Below, piece by piece: positions 30,669 through 40,766 of a DNA stretch of 64,000 bases. Where the stretch lies: NCBI GenBank assembly GCA_965222225.1, contig CBDCTK010000002.1:5248001-5312000 (forward strand), in the 5' to 3' direction. Source of the stretch: Candidatus Poribacteria bacterium. Its GTDB lineage: Bacteria; Poribacteria; WGA-4E; JAJDTR01. How positions within the stretch are numbered: position 1 is the first letter of the stretch; the number at the start of each line of letters is the position of its first letter. Made by a program: the position numbers and the translations under genes. The notes beneath the pieces were generated by a model. The model was not told where the DNA came from. It saw only the letters and a list, made by a program, of their open reading frames with translations, and did no database searches.

Positions 30669-30849
30669 GTAGGGCGCGCACTGCGATCAAGCGACTGCAT
30701 AGGGAGTGCGATAGAACTCTTACCAGCCTTTGAAAGCGTCAGCGTGCAATCAACTGAGATCGAACGAGCAAACAGCGATTAACCGAATGGATAGTGAGTA
30801 AAACTTTCTATCGCCCTCGCTGTTCACTCGGTTGATCGATAAAGATCCT
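30669..30849 (+). repeat. GTAG REP interrupted by a micro-element, then further nested copies including a reverse copy (30801-30837)
   Basis: gtagggcgcgcactgc[gatcaagcg...aactct]taccagcc; gattaaccga..gagt[reverse copy]gataaagatcc. Confidence 0.8.
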
Positions 30850-30959
30850 CTCTCCAAATCACGACCTATCGTCGAGAATCGGAATTCCCTCCTACCGGGG
30901 ATATACCGTTTCCGTTTTCCGGCGCGAACAATGGGCCCGAGACAAAAAAGGCAAAACGT

Positions 30960-33062
30960 ATGACCTCAAGGTATCGCCTTGGAATTGACATTGGTGGCAC
31001 GTTTACCGATGCAACCTTAATCAACGAAAATACGGGAGAGATTCACGTCGGCAAGGTGCCTTCCACGCCGGAAGACCCGTCAGTCGGTTTTATGAATGCA
31101 ACCGATCGGATGCTCCGCGAGGTCGCCGTGTCCCCGGATGAGGTCGAATATGTCGTACACGGCACGACCGTCGCCACCAATGCCATAATCGAAAAAAAGG
31201 TGGCTCCGACAGGTTTCATTACAACCGATGGCTTCCGCGATCTGCTTGAGATCCAACGACAGATTCGACCGACGTTGTACGATTTGCATTTCGAGAAACC
31301 CCGTCCGCTGGTGCCGCGATACCTATGTTTCGGCATACCGGAGCGCCTTGACGCACAGGGGCAGGTGTTAACGCCCTTGGATGAAAACGCGCTCGTGGAG
31401 GCGGTTGAGCAACTTAAGCGCGAAAATGTGACAGCCGTCGCCGTCTGCTTCCTTCATTCCTACATCAACCCGAACCATGAAAAACGAGTGGGCGAAATCC
31501 TGCACGAGGTATTTCCCGACGCCATCGTCTCTCTCTCTTCCGAGGTCGCCCCGGAATTTCGCGAGTATTTTAGAGCGAGTACCACAGTGATTAACGCGTG
31601 TATCCGTCCCATTGTCGCGCGTTATCTCCGGCACATCGAAGATCGGCTGCGGGAGAAAGGGATTACAGCGTCGTTACTCGTCATGCAGAGCAGCGGCGGT
31701 GTATTTACCTTCGCGTCGGCGAGCGAAAAACCCGTATTCATGGTCGAATCCGGTCCCGCGGCGGGCGTAATCGCCGCAACCTACCTTGGCACAGCCTTGG
31801 GGCACCCCGATGTCATCTCCTTCGACATGGGCGGAACCACGGCGAAGGCAGGTCTTGTTCAAAACGGGGCACCGCGCGTGACCAAGGAGTATGAGGTCGG
31901 AACGGCGGCGCAATCCGGCGTTGGTGCCTCCCGTGGTGCAGGGTATCCAATTCGCACGCCTGTACTCGATCTCGTGGAGATAGGCGCCGGGGGCGGGTCG
32001 ATAGCGTGGGTGGATTCGGGCGGAATACTGCGAGTGGGTCCTCAGAGCGCAGGGGCTGACCCCGGTCCCGTCTGTTACGGCAAAGGTGGGCAAGAGCCGA
32101 CCATCACGGACGCCAATTTAGTGTTGGGACGTTTAAATCCGAGCTACTTCTTGGGCGGCGAAATCGAGTTGGAGGTTGAGGCGGCCAGAAAAGCAGTCTA
32201 CGAGAAGTGCGCGCAGCCATTGGGCATGGGAATTGTCGAAACCGCGCACGGCATCGTGGAAATTGCCAATGCCGCTATGACCAACGCGCTGCGCCTTGTT
32301 TCGGTGCAACGGGGATATGACCCCAGAGATTTCGTCTTGGTGGCGTTTGGCGGGGCGGGGCCCGTGCATGCCAACCGATTGGCGATTGAAGTCCAGATAC
32401 CGAAAACCATCATTCCAATGAGCCCCGGCACCACGTCAGCCATGGGATTGCTAGTCACCGACCTCAAACACGACTACTCTAAGACGCTCATCCAGCGTGT
32501 TGACCAAGCGGACGCGGAAATGGTCGCGAAAATCTACCGCGAGTTGGAGGTGGATGGGCGGGCGAACCTTGAGCGCGAGGGAATGAATTCGGAGGAAATT
32601 ACCTTCATGCACCAAGTTGACATGCGATATGTCGGGCAAAGTTACGAGCTCACCATCCCTCTACCTGACGGAAAATTGAGTGCGGCTGAAATTGAAGGTG
32701 TTCTTTCCCGGTTCCATCGTGAACATCACCGGGCTTACGGCTACAGCGCATCGAACGAGCCGGTCGAGTTTGTAAATCTCCGTCTCTCCGCCATCGGAAC
32801 AATCAACAAACCCCAACTACGCGAGATTGGCGCAGGCGACAGTCCTTTATCAGCCGCGCAGAAGGCTATCCGATCCGTGTATTTTGCTGAGCGTGAGTGT
32901 TTCGTTGAATGTCCAATCTATGACCGCTACCGCCTCTCTGCCGGATTTGTGTTGGAAGGACCCGCTATCGTTGAGGAGATAGACGCCACCACGGTCATTC
33001 ACCCGGGATATCAGGCTCTGGTTGATGGGTTTGGCAACTTGATTCTGACTAAAACTTCCTAA
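30960..33062 (+). CDS. Hydantoinase A/5-oxoprolinase family protein (N-methylhydantoinase A-like)
   Basis: GIDIGGTFTD, HGTTVATN, ESGPAAG, DMGGTT, GAGGGS, GPQSAGADPGP, FGGAGP. Confidence 0.94.
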   Translation: MTSRYRLGIDIGGTFTDATLINENTGEIHVGKVPSTPEDPSVGFMNATDRMLREVAVSPDEVEYVVHGTTVATNAIIEKKVAPTGFITTDGFRDLLEIQRQIRPTLYDLHFEKPRPLVPRYLCFGIPERLDAQGQVLTPLDENALVEAVEQLKRENVTAVAVCFLHSYINPNHEKRVGEILHEVFPDAIVSLSSEVAPEFREYFRASTTVINACIRPIVARYLRHIEDRLREKGITASLLVMQSSGGVFTFASASEKPVFMVESGPAAGVIAATYLGTALGHPDVISFDMGGTTAKAGLVQNGAPRVTKEYEVGTAAQSGVGASRGAGYPIRTPVLDLVEIGAGGGSIAWVDSGGILRVGPQSAGADPGPVCYGKGGQEPTITDANLVLGRLNPSYFLGGEIELEVEAARKAVYEKCAQPLGMGIVETAHGIVEIANAAMTNALRLVSVQRGYDPRDFVLVAFGGAGPVHANRLAIEVQIPKTIIPMSPGTTSAMGLLVTDLKHDYSKTLIQRVDQADAEMVAKIYRELEVDGRANLEREGMNSEEITFMHQVDMRYVGQSYELTIPLPDGKLSAAEIEGVLSRFHREHHRAYGYSASNEPVEFVNLRLSAIGTINKPQLREIGAGDSPLSAAQKAIRSVYFAERECFVECPIYDRYRLSAGFVLEGPAIVEEIDATTVIHPGYQALVDGFGNLILTKTS

Positions 33063-33065
33063 CTT

Positions 33066-33100
33066 GTAGGCTGGGTTGAACACAGTGAAACCCAACCTAC
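33066..33100 (+). repeat. Intact GTAG REP hairpin between convergent genes
   Basis: gtaggctgggtt-gaacacagtga-aacccaacctac. Confidence 0.75.
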
Positions 33101-33221
33101 AAGCGCTAATCTAGACATCTTCAGTTTCGACTGACACCGTAGGCAATAACAATCTTTATTCCCTAAATTGGTGTTACTCCTTCGTCTTTGTCCCTTTCTA
33201 TGAAGCAGGCAGGCCTCTAAA

Positions 33222-33300
33222 AGCCCCAGAGGGGCGGAAGGTGTATAGAAACGTCCAAACCTCACGCACTCAAGCCCCAGCGGGGCGACAGGAAATAGCA
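33222..33300 (+). repeat. Tandem pair of GCCCCAG(A/C)GGGGC hairpin repeats (related degenerate copies near 3365-3475, 30735 and 55796-55868)
   Basis: agccccagaggggcggaaggtgtatagaaa ... agccccagcggggcgacaggaaatagca. Confidence 0.65.
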
Positions 33301-33357
33301 ACTTGAATGCCCAAGAATGGCTTTGTCACCTAATATTCAAACAGGATCTGAGAATTC

Positions 33358-34104
33358 TTAATTTCTTAAAAAATCGTAGCGTCGAAAATACCCATTCTCA
33401 ATCGTCTCGTTTTCGGATGTTGTCTCGGCGCTTGCCCAATGACTCGCGTACCCACGCCGCCAGCGGTCCGATTCGTTACGATGGGACGTATGCAGCATCT
33501 TGCTATGGTGGAAAACCACCCCACCCTTCTTTACCTCCGCCAACACCTCTTTCGACAAGTCAATCAGGTCGGGTGGGGGCACCAAGTTATGCCAATGCTC
33601 CGAATCCGGCACCTCATGGGGTATTACCGGCCCCTTATGCGAGCCCTCGATATAGCGCAAACAACCGTTAGCTGCATCGGAATCGTCCATTGCTACCCAC
33701 ACGGTAATGACATGATCTGCCGGATGGCATTTGAAATAAAAGTTATCCTGATGGTACGGTTTGGCGGTGCCGAAGTGCGGCGGCTTCATAAAAACCTGAT
33801 CGCTGAACACCAGTGGTTCGACACCGATAAGATCTCTGATGATTACACGAAGCCGGGAGTCTAGCACGAAAGTTTGGAATGCGGCTCCCTTCTCGAACGG
33901 GTGATTGAGTTTGCGGGGCGCGATTCTACCATCTCCCGCGTAGTCGACGATGTGATGCGATGATTCACCTTGTTTAATCTCTTCGTCCGTCACCTCAAGT
34001 ACAAGTCGAGCGATCCGCTCTACTTCCTCAGGCGCGAACACCCCTTCGACGGCGACCCATCCCTTCTCCCAGTAGTGGCCATAAGTTTCTTGACTGATAT
34101 TCAT
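33358..34104 (-). CDS. Phytanoyl-CoA dioxygenase (PhyH) family protein
   Basis: KPP..G..KPYHQD, WVAMDD..NGCL..GSH, HHSKMLHTS..N.S..WRR. Confidence 0.92.
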   Translation of the reverse strand: MNISQETYGHYWEKGWVAVEGVFAPEEVERIARLVLEVTDEEIKQGESSHHIVDYAGDGRIAPRKLNHPFEKGAAFQTFVLDSRLRVIIRDLIGVEPLVFSDQVFMKPPHFGTAKPYHQDNFYFKCHPADHVITVWVAMDDSDAANGCLRYIEGSHKGPVIPHEVPDSEHWHNLVPPPDLIDLSKEVLAEVKKGGVVFHHSKMLHTSHRNESDRWRRGYASHWASAETTSENETIENGYFRRYDFLRN

Positions 34105-34121
34105 GTCCGCCCCCATTTACG

Positions 34122-35264
34122 TTAAACGTGCTGCCGATACACCCGTCCGCCTTTGACTACGGTGACGGGCACGAAACCCTGTCTACCGGTGCGCACCTCA
34201 CCACGCGAGTCTGCGAGCTGAAGTTCGCCCTCACGCAACTCGGATACCACGGCGTCCCCCCAAGCGCCAATCGCCAACGTCCCAATCTTATCGGGCATCA
34301 AGATTACCTCTGCCGGCACGGACGTGACCTTTGCAATGGCGTCATCAAGCCTGATGCCGAGATGGAGGAACTTGGTGACGACATTTGCCAGGTCATAAAC
34401 GGGACCCTTAACGTTGTAGGCGTGCAAATCCGAGGAAATGGTTTGTGGCTCAACACCTTGCACCATTGCACGCTCGGCAATATCCCACGAAAACGAGCCG
34501 GCGCCGTGACCAACATCAAATATCACGCCCCGCTCCATTGCTTCATGCACGGATCTCCGTACCTTCCCATCGTCATCCAAGATGCCGCACGCCCTATCAT
34601 GAAAACAGTGTGTCAGGACATCTCGTTCCTTCATGACAGCGAGAATGTCGTCAAGTGAATCGCACCATGCGTTTTGCGGGTGTATCATGATGGGCACCCC
34701 TGCCGCATCAGCCGCTTCGCGTGCCCGATACAGCGGCGTCAACCCCGACCGCTCACTGGCAATCTTGTTCCGAGTCAGCCGCGCCTTGACACCCAAGATG
34801 AGGTCGCGATGCTTCTCGATCATCTGGCACGCCTTGCTGACATTGGCGTATTCCGGCATCTCGAACTCGCCAATCTCCTCCGTCATCATCCCCTGCGACG
34901 AGACGTTGAGATAGGCGAAGACGCTCGTCTCACTTACCTCAATCACATACTTCCGAAAACCGGTGAAGTTATCAGCGCCCGCCGACCCGGCGTCAACGAC
35001 TGTGGTGGCGCCTTTTGCGAGGCAGGTGGGATCCGGTTCTATGCCGTAATGACCCACACCGTAGAATACATGAACGTGTAAATCAATCAACCCCGGCGTG
35101 ACAATCCGCTCGCTCGCATCCAGAACCTCGCGCGCCTCGCCCTTCGGCAGATCGTCACCGACGGCTGCAACGACGCCGTTGGCAAACGCCACGTCCCTCT
35201 TCGCGTGGACGCTTTGCGCGGAATCAACTAGCGTCCCGCCTTTGATGAGTAGGTCATAAGCCAT
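34122..35264 (-). CDS. Amidohydrolase/dihydroorotase-like metallohydrolase
   Basis: PGLIDLHVH, VDAGSAG, THCF, FDVGHGAGSF, ISSDLH. Confidence 0.9.
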   Translation of the reverse strand: MAYDLLIKGGTLVDSAQSVHAKRDVAFANGVVAAVGDDLPKGEAREVLDASERIVTPGLIDLHVHVFYGVGHYGIEPDPTCLAKGATTVVDAGSAGADNFTGFRKYVIEVSETSVFAYLNVSSQGMMTEEIGEFEMPEYANVSKACQMIEKHRDLILGVKARLTRNKIASERSGLTPLYRAREAADAAGVPIMIHPQNAWCDSLDDILAVMKERDVLTHCFHDRACGILDDDGKVRRSVHEAMERGVIFDVGHGAGSFSWDIAERAMVQGVEPQTISSDLHAYNVKGPVYDLANVVTKFLHLGIRLDDAIAKVTSVPAEVILMPDKIGTLAIGAWGDAVVSELREGELQLADSRGEVRTGRQGFVPVTVVKGGRVYRQHV

Positions 35265-35608
35265 TGTTTGCCTCTGGATTCCTCCGGCAGGATAAACCAA
35301 TCTCGCTCGGGAGGAAACTCAATTTGGTGCGACAGATGCTGTTCATTTTCCTTGCGATTACTCTGGCGTAGATAAACTACACCCTCGCCATTATATGTGA
35401 AACCGAACATTCCGTCAATGACATTCTCTTGACGTGGCTGCACGATTGCCCTCATAGCTCCCAATATTTCGGTTGACGAAGACACGAAACACAGGTAAAA
35501 TAAAACGCTAGTTTTCTCCACATGGGTTATCGCTGCCCATAAGAAATCATCACTAAACAAATCTCGCTCGGTGAACAATACAGTACCATCTCAAGGAGAG
35601 CATTAGAC

Positions 35609-36283
35609 ATGCCGGACAACGCTACATTAAGGGAACGAATTCGCAACGGAGAAACCCTACAAGTTGGTGGCGCGCCCATGGATGCGACCAAAGACGAGCT
35701 TGCGGAAATCCTCAAGCAAGGCTCCTACGATATGATTGGGGTGTGTAGTCAACACGGCCCATTCGACGAAGAGAAGCTTTGGTCGTTCTGCAAAAATGCG
35801 CATGAACTGGGAATACCCGTTCAGCTACGTATCAAGCATCCCAAACACGCTTATCTCATCGGAAATTTGTGCGACTTGGGCCCCGCCGCCATTGTCATCC
35901 CGCAGGTTGATGAGGAGGCTGATGTCGATGACGCCATCCGCGCGTTTTACTACCCGCCGGTGGGGATCCGAAGTTTCCCGCCGCCTAACGGTTACGGCAG
36001 GGATAAGTATACCGGACGTGAGGATTATATTGAGTGGTGGAACGAGAACGGAATTCTAACTTTCCAGTTAGAATCGGTTGACGGTGTGGTTAACGCACGC
36101 AAACTTGCCAAGCCCGGCATCGCCATGCTGTATTTCGGCGCACAGGATTTGAGCATCAGTATCGCGACACATCCCAATTCACCGTTTTCAACTGTCGAGG
36201 AATGCAAGGCGTATGTACGGAAACAGATGGAGGGAACAGGTATTAAGGTTTCCAAAGCCGACGCCCCCGGCGGAGAGGTCTAA
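35609..36283 (+). CDS. HpcH/HpaI aldolase-like protein
   Basis: SQHGP, DLGP..IVIPQV, YYPPVGIRS, QLES, FGAQDL; AAGGAG SD. Confidence 0.85.
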   Translation: MPDNATLRERIRNGETLQVGGAPMDATKDELAEILKQGSYDMIGVCSQHGPFDEEKLWSFCKNAHELGIPVQLRIKHPKHAYLIGNLCDLGPAAIVIPQVDEEADVDDAIRAFYYPPVGIRSFPPPNGYGRDKYTGREDYIEWWNENGILTFQLESVDGVVNARKLAKPGIAMLYFGAQDLSISIATHPNSPFSTVEECKAYVRKQMEGTGIKVSKADAPGGEV

Positions 36284-36342
36284 CGACGCTCCGTGTGTGA
36301 AGTGATTCGTGCGGACTCGATCAGCGGAAAAGGTAAATTTCT

Positions 36343-37194
36343 ATGTATAATCTCGATGGTAAAGTTGCACTGGTGACAGGCGCCGGTGGTGAACGTGGAA
36401 TTGGCCGCGCCATCGCGGTACGACTTGCGAAAGAGGGCGCCGATGTCATCGTCAACGACATCGTCAGTAATCCGTACGCGGATTGGGGCACAGCTTGGGA
36501 GGGGGCGCCCTCCGTCGTCCGCGAAATTGAAGAGATGGGGAGGAAATCTATCTGTATCTTGGCGGACGTTTCCAACGCGGGGCAGGTGGATGACATGGTG
36601 TCCCAAGCGGTTGGAGAACTCGGACGCATCGACATTCTTGTAACCAACGCCGGTTCTCGTCCGGGCCCGGATCGGGTGCCGGTGGTTGACCTGGAGGAGG
36701 AAGCTTGGGACACGGTTCATAACGTCAACCTCAAAGGCACATTTCTCTGTTGTCGAGCGGTTGCCCGCCACATGCTGGCGCGAGAGCCGGGAGGAAAGAT
36801 AATCACCATGGCGTCTGCGTCTGGGAAGCGCGGACACGCGCGTTTTGCCGCTTACTGTGCTGCCAAATTTGGGGTTGTCGGCTTTACCCAGGCGCTGGCA
36901 ATGGAATTGGCTTCACATCAAGTCAATGTCAATGCAATCTGTCCCGCCATTGTGGACACCGAGCGGTGGAGCTACATCGGAGCCGTGCTGTCGGGCGAGG
37001 ACATTACCGGCGAGGAGTTTCAGAAAACCGGACGCCATGCCGAGCAGATGCGAAGGAGTGGTTCGGGGATTCCTTGGGGGCGGGTTGCGGATGTCGACGA
37101 TGTCGCGCAGACCGCGGCATTCCTCGCTTCCGCCGAATCGGACTACCTAACGGGGCTCTCCATCAGCGTCGCAGGGGGCGCGGAGATGGATTGA
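36343..37194 (+). CDS. SDR family oxidoreductase
   Basis: TGAGG..GIG, TNAG, YCAAK, NAICP. Confidence 0.92.
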   Translation: MYNLDGKVALVTGAGGERGIGRAIAVRLAKEGADVIVNDIVSNPYADWGTAWEGAPSVVREIEEMGRKSICILADVSNAGQVDDMVSQAVGELGRIDILVTNAGSRPGPDRVPVVDLEEEAWDTVHNVNLKGTFLCCRAVARHMLAREPGGKIITMASASGKRGHARFAAYCAAKFGVVGFTQALAMELASHQVNVNAICPAIVDTERWSYIGAVLSGEDITGEEFQKTGRHAEQMRRSGSGIPWGRVADVDDVAQTAAFLASAESDYLTGLSISVAGGAEMD

Positions 37195-37223
37195 AATATT
37201 TGTTTATGCCGTTATCCTGTTCC

Positions 37224-37306
37224 AAAAGCGAGCGGATAGATCAACTGAGTGAATAGCGAAGGCGATAGAAGATCCGGATAAAAATCCCAGTGCGATAGAA
37301 ATTCCC
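37224..37306 (+). repeat. Micro-element copy (37239) with stacked extra 3' ends
   Basis: gatcaactgagtgaatagcgaaggcgatagaagatcc-ggataaaaatccc-agtgcgatagaaattcc. Confidence 0.8.
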
Positions 37307-37626
37307 TTGTCCCGCCGACTTTGCGCGGCGATAAGGCTTCTTACTCCGATCTATACAAGTGTCTTTACTTGACTCAAGCAATCAATGCATTATCGTTTTG
37401 GAGAAGCGGTATAACATACCGGAATAGCACGTTATGTGCGTTGTTTTCGATGGCATGAATAAAGACTGAGACACAGGTAAGCATTATTTGAAACTAAGTT
37501 TTGCGACAATACCGCTGCAAGGTGTGTGAACCCGCATTGCAGCGGTATTTCATTATATCCCTCACCACCTCGTATGATAATTGAATTGTGATTCACCGCA
37601 TCCGATTGAGACACTTGGAGAAGAAG

Positions 37627-38562
37627 ATGGAAACACACCGTTTTGAGCCGACCGTTTACTACACTGCTCTTGGCACATACGAACCCGTTCTCCGCATCGA
37701 AAGTGGTGATACCGTCGTAACCACGACCGTCGACAATAGCGGCCGTGATGCGGAAGATCAGGCAGTCACGCGAGGGGGAAATCCTCAGACGGGCCCATTT
37801 TATATTGAAGGCGCCGCGTACGGTGACACACTCGTTGTTCACTTCGATCGAGTCGTCCCCAACCGAAGAATTGGACGCACCGCAACCGTTATTGCGCCTA
37901 ATGTCCTGGATCCCTACTACGTCGCTGCCAACCTGCCAAAGAGCGGTGGCGCCGAATGGGAAATTGACGTAGATAAGTGGACGGCGACACTCATCTCCCC
38001 AAAGACAAGATTGGGTGAGTTTTGCCTTCCCCTTGAACCCATGGTGGGGTGTTTCGGTGTGGCAGCCCAAGACTGCCAAGCCATTTCAACCGCAACATCC
38101 GCGGAGCATGGAGGAAATATGGATTATCGTGGATTCTGCCAAGGCGCGACCGTATACCTCCCCGTGTTCGCCGAAGGGGCGCTTTTCTTTCTCGGCGACG
38201 GCCACGCTGTTCAGGGGGATGGCGAGATTGTTGGCACTGGTATTGAAGTCTCATTCGATGTCCAATTCACGGTCAATCTAATCAAAGGCAAGCACATTCA
38301 CTGGCCTCGAGGGGAGAATGAAGACTATATCTTTACCGCCGGGAACGCTCGTCCGCTAGATCAAGCCGTTCAACACGCAACCACCGAGATGGTTCGTTGG
38401 CTGATTGAACTCGGTCTGGAAGCCAACGAGCCGCATATCTTGCTCGGTCAATGTGTGGAATACGACGTGGGAAATGTGTTCGACCCTGCCTACACAATGA
38501 TTTGCAAGGTCAAGAAAAGCATCTTGCAAGATATTGGCCTCAACATTCAACCAGTGTTGTGA
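37627..38562 (+). CDS. Acetamidase/formamidase family protein
   Basis: NPQTGPFYIEGA..GDTL, PMVGCFGVA, HGGNMD, GDGHAVQGDGE..GTGIE. Confidence 0.92.
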   Translation: METHRFEPTVYYTALGTYEPVLRIESGDTVVTTTVDNSGRDAEDQAVTRGGNPQTGPFYIEGAAYGDTLVVHFDRVVPNRRIGRTATVIAPNVLDPYYVAANLPKSGGAEWEIDVDKWTATLISPKTRLGEFCLPLEPMVGCFGVAAQDCQAISTATSAEHGGNMDYRGFCQGATVYLPVFAEGALFFLGDGHAVQGDGEIVGTGIEVSFDVQFTVNLIKGKHIHWPRGENEDYIFTAGNARPLDQAVQHATTEMVRWLIELGLEANEPHILLGQCVEYDVGNVFDPAYTMICKVKKSILQDIGLNIQPVL

Positions 38563-38603
38563 GAACCATTCACCGCGAGATCGAGTTAGTCGTCAGCACT
38601 CTA

Positions 38604-38939
38604 GTAGGGCGCGATAGAGATCCCCTGCACACCAGCCTTTGCCAAAACGACAGGAATACACTTCGTGACCCTCAAGTTAACTCAAGTTGCTACCTATTCC
38701 GGTAGGTTGGCCTTCCAGCCCGACCCACGATCAAACGAGCGAGTAGCGAGTAGCGAGTAGCGAGTGCGATAGAGATCTTCACAGGTTGTATGGCATAAGA
38801 AACCGCTAGATTTTGTACATTTGTAGGGTGGGCGCCGCCCAGCATTTCTTGTAGCGTGCGCACGACGATTAAATGAGCGAATAGCGAACAGGATTTCCTA
38901 TCGCCCTCCCTATCCGGTCGGTTGATCGATAGAAATCCC
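38604..38939 (+). repeat. REP and micro-element cluster: partial copy ~38607, copy 38729 with a (GAGTAGC)3 expansion, copy 38867 with a nested reverse copy 38891-38927; GTAG REPs at 38604, 38702 and 38823
   Basis: Direct reading of the sequence. Confidence 0.8.
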
Positions 38940-39041
38940 ACCTGCCTTTGCCTTTCATTGTCTTAGTGGTTGATTGAAGGGATTCGGCATGCATTCGCAG
39001 TGGATTCTTGGGCGCAATGTGCACCAGATTTGGAGGTGAAT

Positions 39042-40466
39042 ATGATCGAACGTTGGGAAACTTATGAACTCACACTGGATGGACCACAGGGGGGTAATCC
39101 GTTCGTTGATGTTGAATTGACGGCGGAATTTAGACTCAATAACCGAGTTTTCAAGCCACACGGGTTTTACGACGGCGATGGGCTTTACAAAGTTCGATTC
39201 ATGCCAGATGAAGTTGGCGAATGGACTTACGCCACCACAAGTAACCGAGCCGAACTCAATGGAAAGACGGGGAGATTTACGTGCATTGGGCCATCCGAGG
39301 GAAATCACGGGCCTGTGAACGTCCATAACGATTTCTACTTTCGGTATGCCGACGGGACGCCGTATCATCAGTTTGGGACGACGTGCTACGCATGGACTCA
39401 TCAAGGCGACGCGATGGAGGAGCAGACACTCCAAACCCTCGCCGATGCACCGTTCAACAAACTGCGGATGTGCATCTTTCCGAAGGATTACGCCTACAAC
39501 GATAATGAGCCGGTTTATTATCCGTACGAGGGACAGCCGCTCACGGATTGGGATTTCACGCAATTCAACCCCGAGTTCTGGCGGCATTTTGAAGAGCGCG
39601 TCCGTGACCTTTTGCGCCTCGGTATCGAAGCAGATCTTATCCTGTTTCACACCTATGACCGGTGGAATTTCGAGAACATGGCCGCAAATAGCGATGATCG
39701 CTATATTCGTTACGCCGTCGCTCGGTTAGCGGCGTTCCGAAATGTGTGGTGGTCGTTGGCGAATGAATATGACATCATGCCTGCGAAAAAGGAATCTGAC
39801 TGGGACCGGTTTTTCCAGATTATCCGCGACCATGACCCCTATCAACGACTGCGTGGGATTCACAACTGTCGCCGCTGGTATGACCACAGCAAGCCGTGGG
39901 TGACGCACACGAGTCTTCAAACCGCCAATATGGCGCACGGTATCCGCTATCGCCGCCAATACAGGAAGCCGGTTATCTACGATGAGTGCCGCTACGAAGG
40001 AGATATTCCGCAGGGGTGGGGAAATATCTCCGCAAAGCAGATGGTACAGCACTTCTGGGCAGGCACTGTTTCCGGTTGCTATGTCGGTCATGGCGAGACT
40101 TACAAACATCCCGAAGATTTCCTATGGTGGGCAAAAGGTGGCGTGCTGCGCGGCGAAAGTCCCAAGCGAATTGCGTTCCTCAAATCGTTCATGGCGGAAG
40201 CTCCGGCGTTTGACGCGCTCGAACCGATTGGCGACGACAGTGGGCGATATGTTCTCGCCAAGCCGGGCGAATACTACCTCGTCTACGTAACCCAACCACA
40301 AACCCTTACGCTCGATCTGTCGGGGACTCGCCCATACAGAATTGATGGCGTGGACACATGGAACATGAAAGTCGAGCCGATCGGGACGGCACAGCCGGGG
40401 GAGTATAATCTTACTGCCTCTCACAGTGATTTTGCGTACCGCTTTACACCCTATGCGCCGGGTTAG
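39042..40466 (+). CDS. DUF5060/DUF4038/DUF5605-type putative glycoside hydrolase
   Basis: GNPF.DV, GFYDGDG.YKVRFMP, GTTCYAW, PFNKLRMC, WWSLANEYD, DECRYEG, HGETY. Confidence 0.8.
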   Translation: MIERWETYELTLDGPQGGNPFVDVELTAEFRLNNRVFKPHGFYDGDGLYKVRFMPDEVGEWTYATTSNRAELNGKTGRFTCIGPSEGNHGPVNVHNDFYFRYADGTPYHQFGTTCYAWTHQGDAMEEQTLQTLADAPFNKLRMCIFPKDYAYNDNEPVYYPYEGQPLTDWDFTQFNPEFWRHFEERVRDLLRLGIEADLILFHTYDRWNFENMAANSDDRYIRYAVARLAAFRNVWWSLANEYDIMPAKKESDWDRFFQIIRDHDPYQRLRGIHNCRRWYDHSKPWVTHTSLQTANMAHGIRYRRQYRKPVIYDECRYEGDIPQGWGNISAKQMVQHFWAGTVSGCYVGHGETYKHPEDFLWWAKGGVLRGESPKRIAFLKSFMAEAPAFDALEPIGDDSGRYVLAKPGEYYLVYVTQPQTLTLDLSGTRPYRIDGVDTWNMKVEPIGTAQPGEYNLTASHSDFAYRFTPYAPG

Positions 40467-40766
40467 AGAGCCTGACCAAGCGGGGTCGACCAGCGAGCGT
40501 GCGTTCGTTGCTGTTTCACGCAAGAGGGGAAAACTGCGATTTAATGATTCGCAGATTGGCGTGGATAGACAGATCCACGCCATAACCGTACATATGCAGC
40601 GGATTTGGCAATCCACTGCGAGCGGTGATTGATTTAACTCACATTCTCCCGGTTTGCAACGTTCCGTATAAGCGGCAACTTGGGTTAACATTCAATCCAT
40701 AATATGTGTAAATGACTATAGATGCAATCCCTCAACTGCGTAAGCCCTAAAGGAATAAGACACCAC

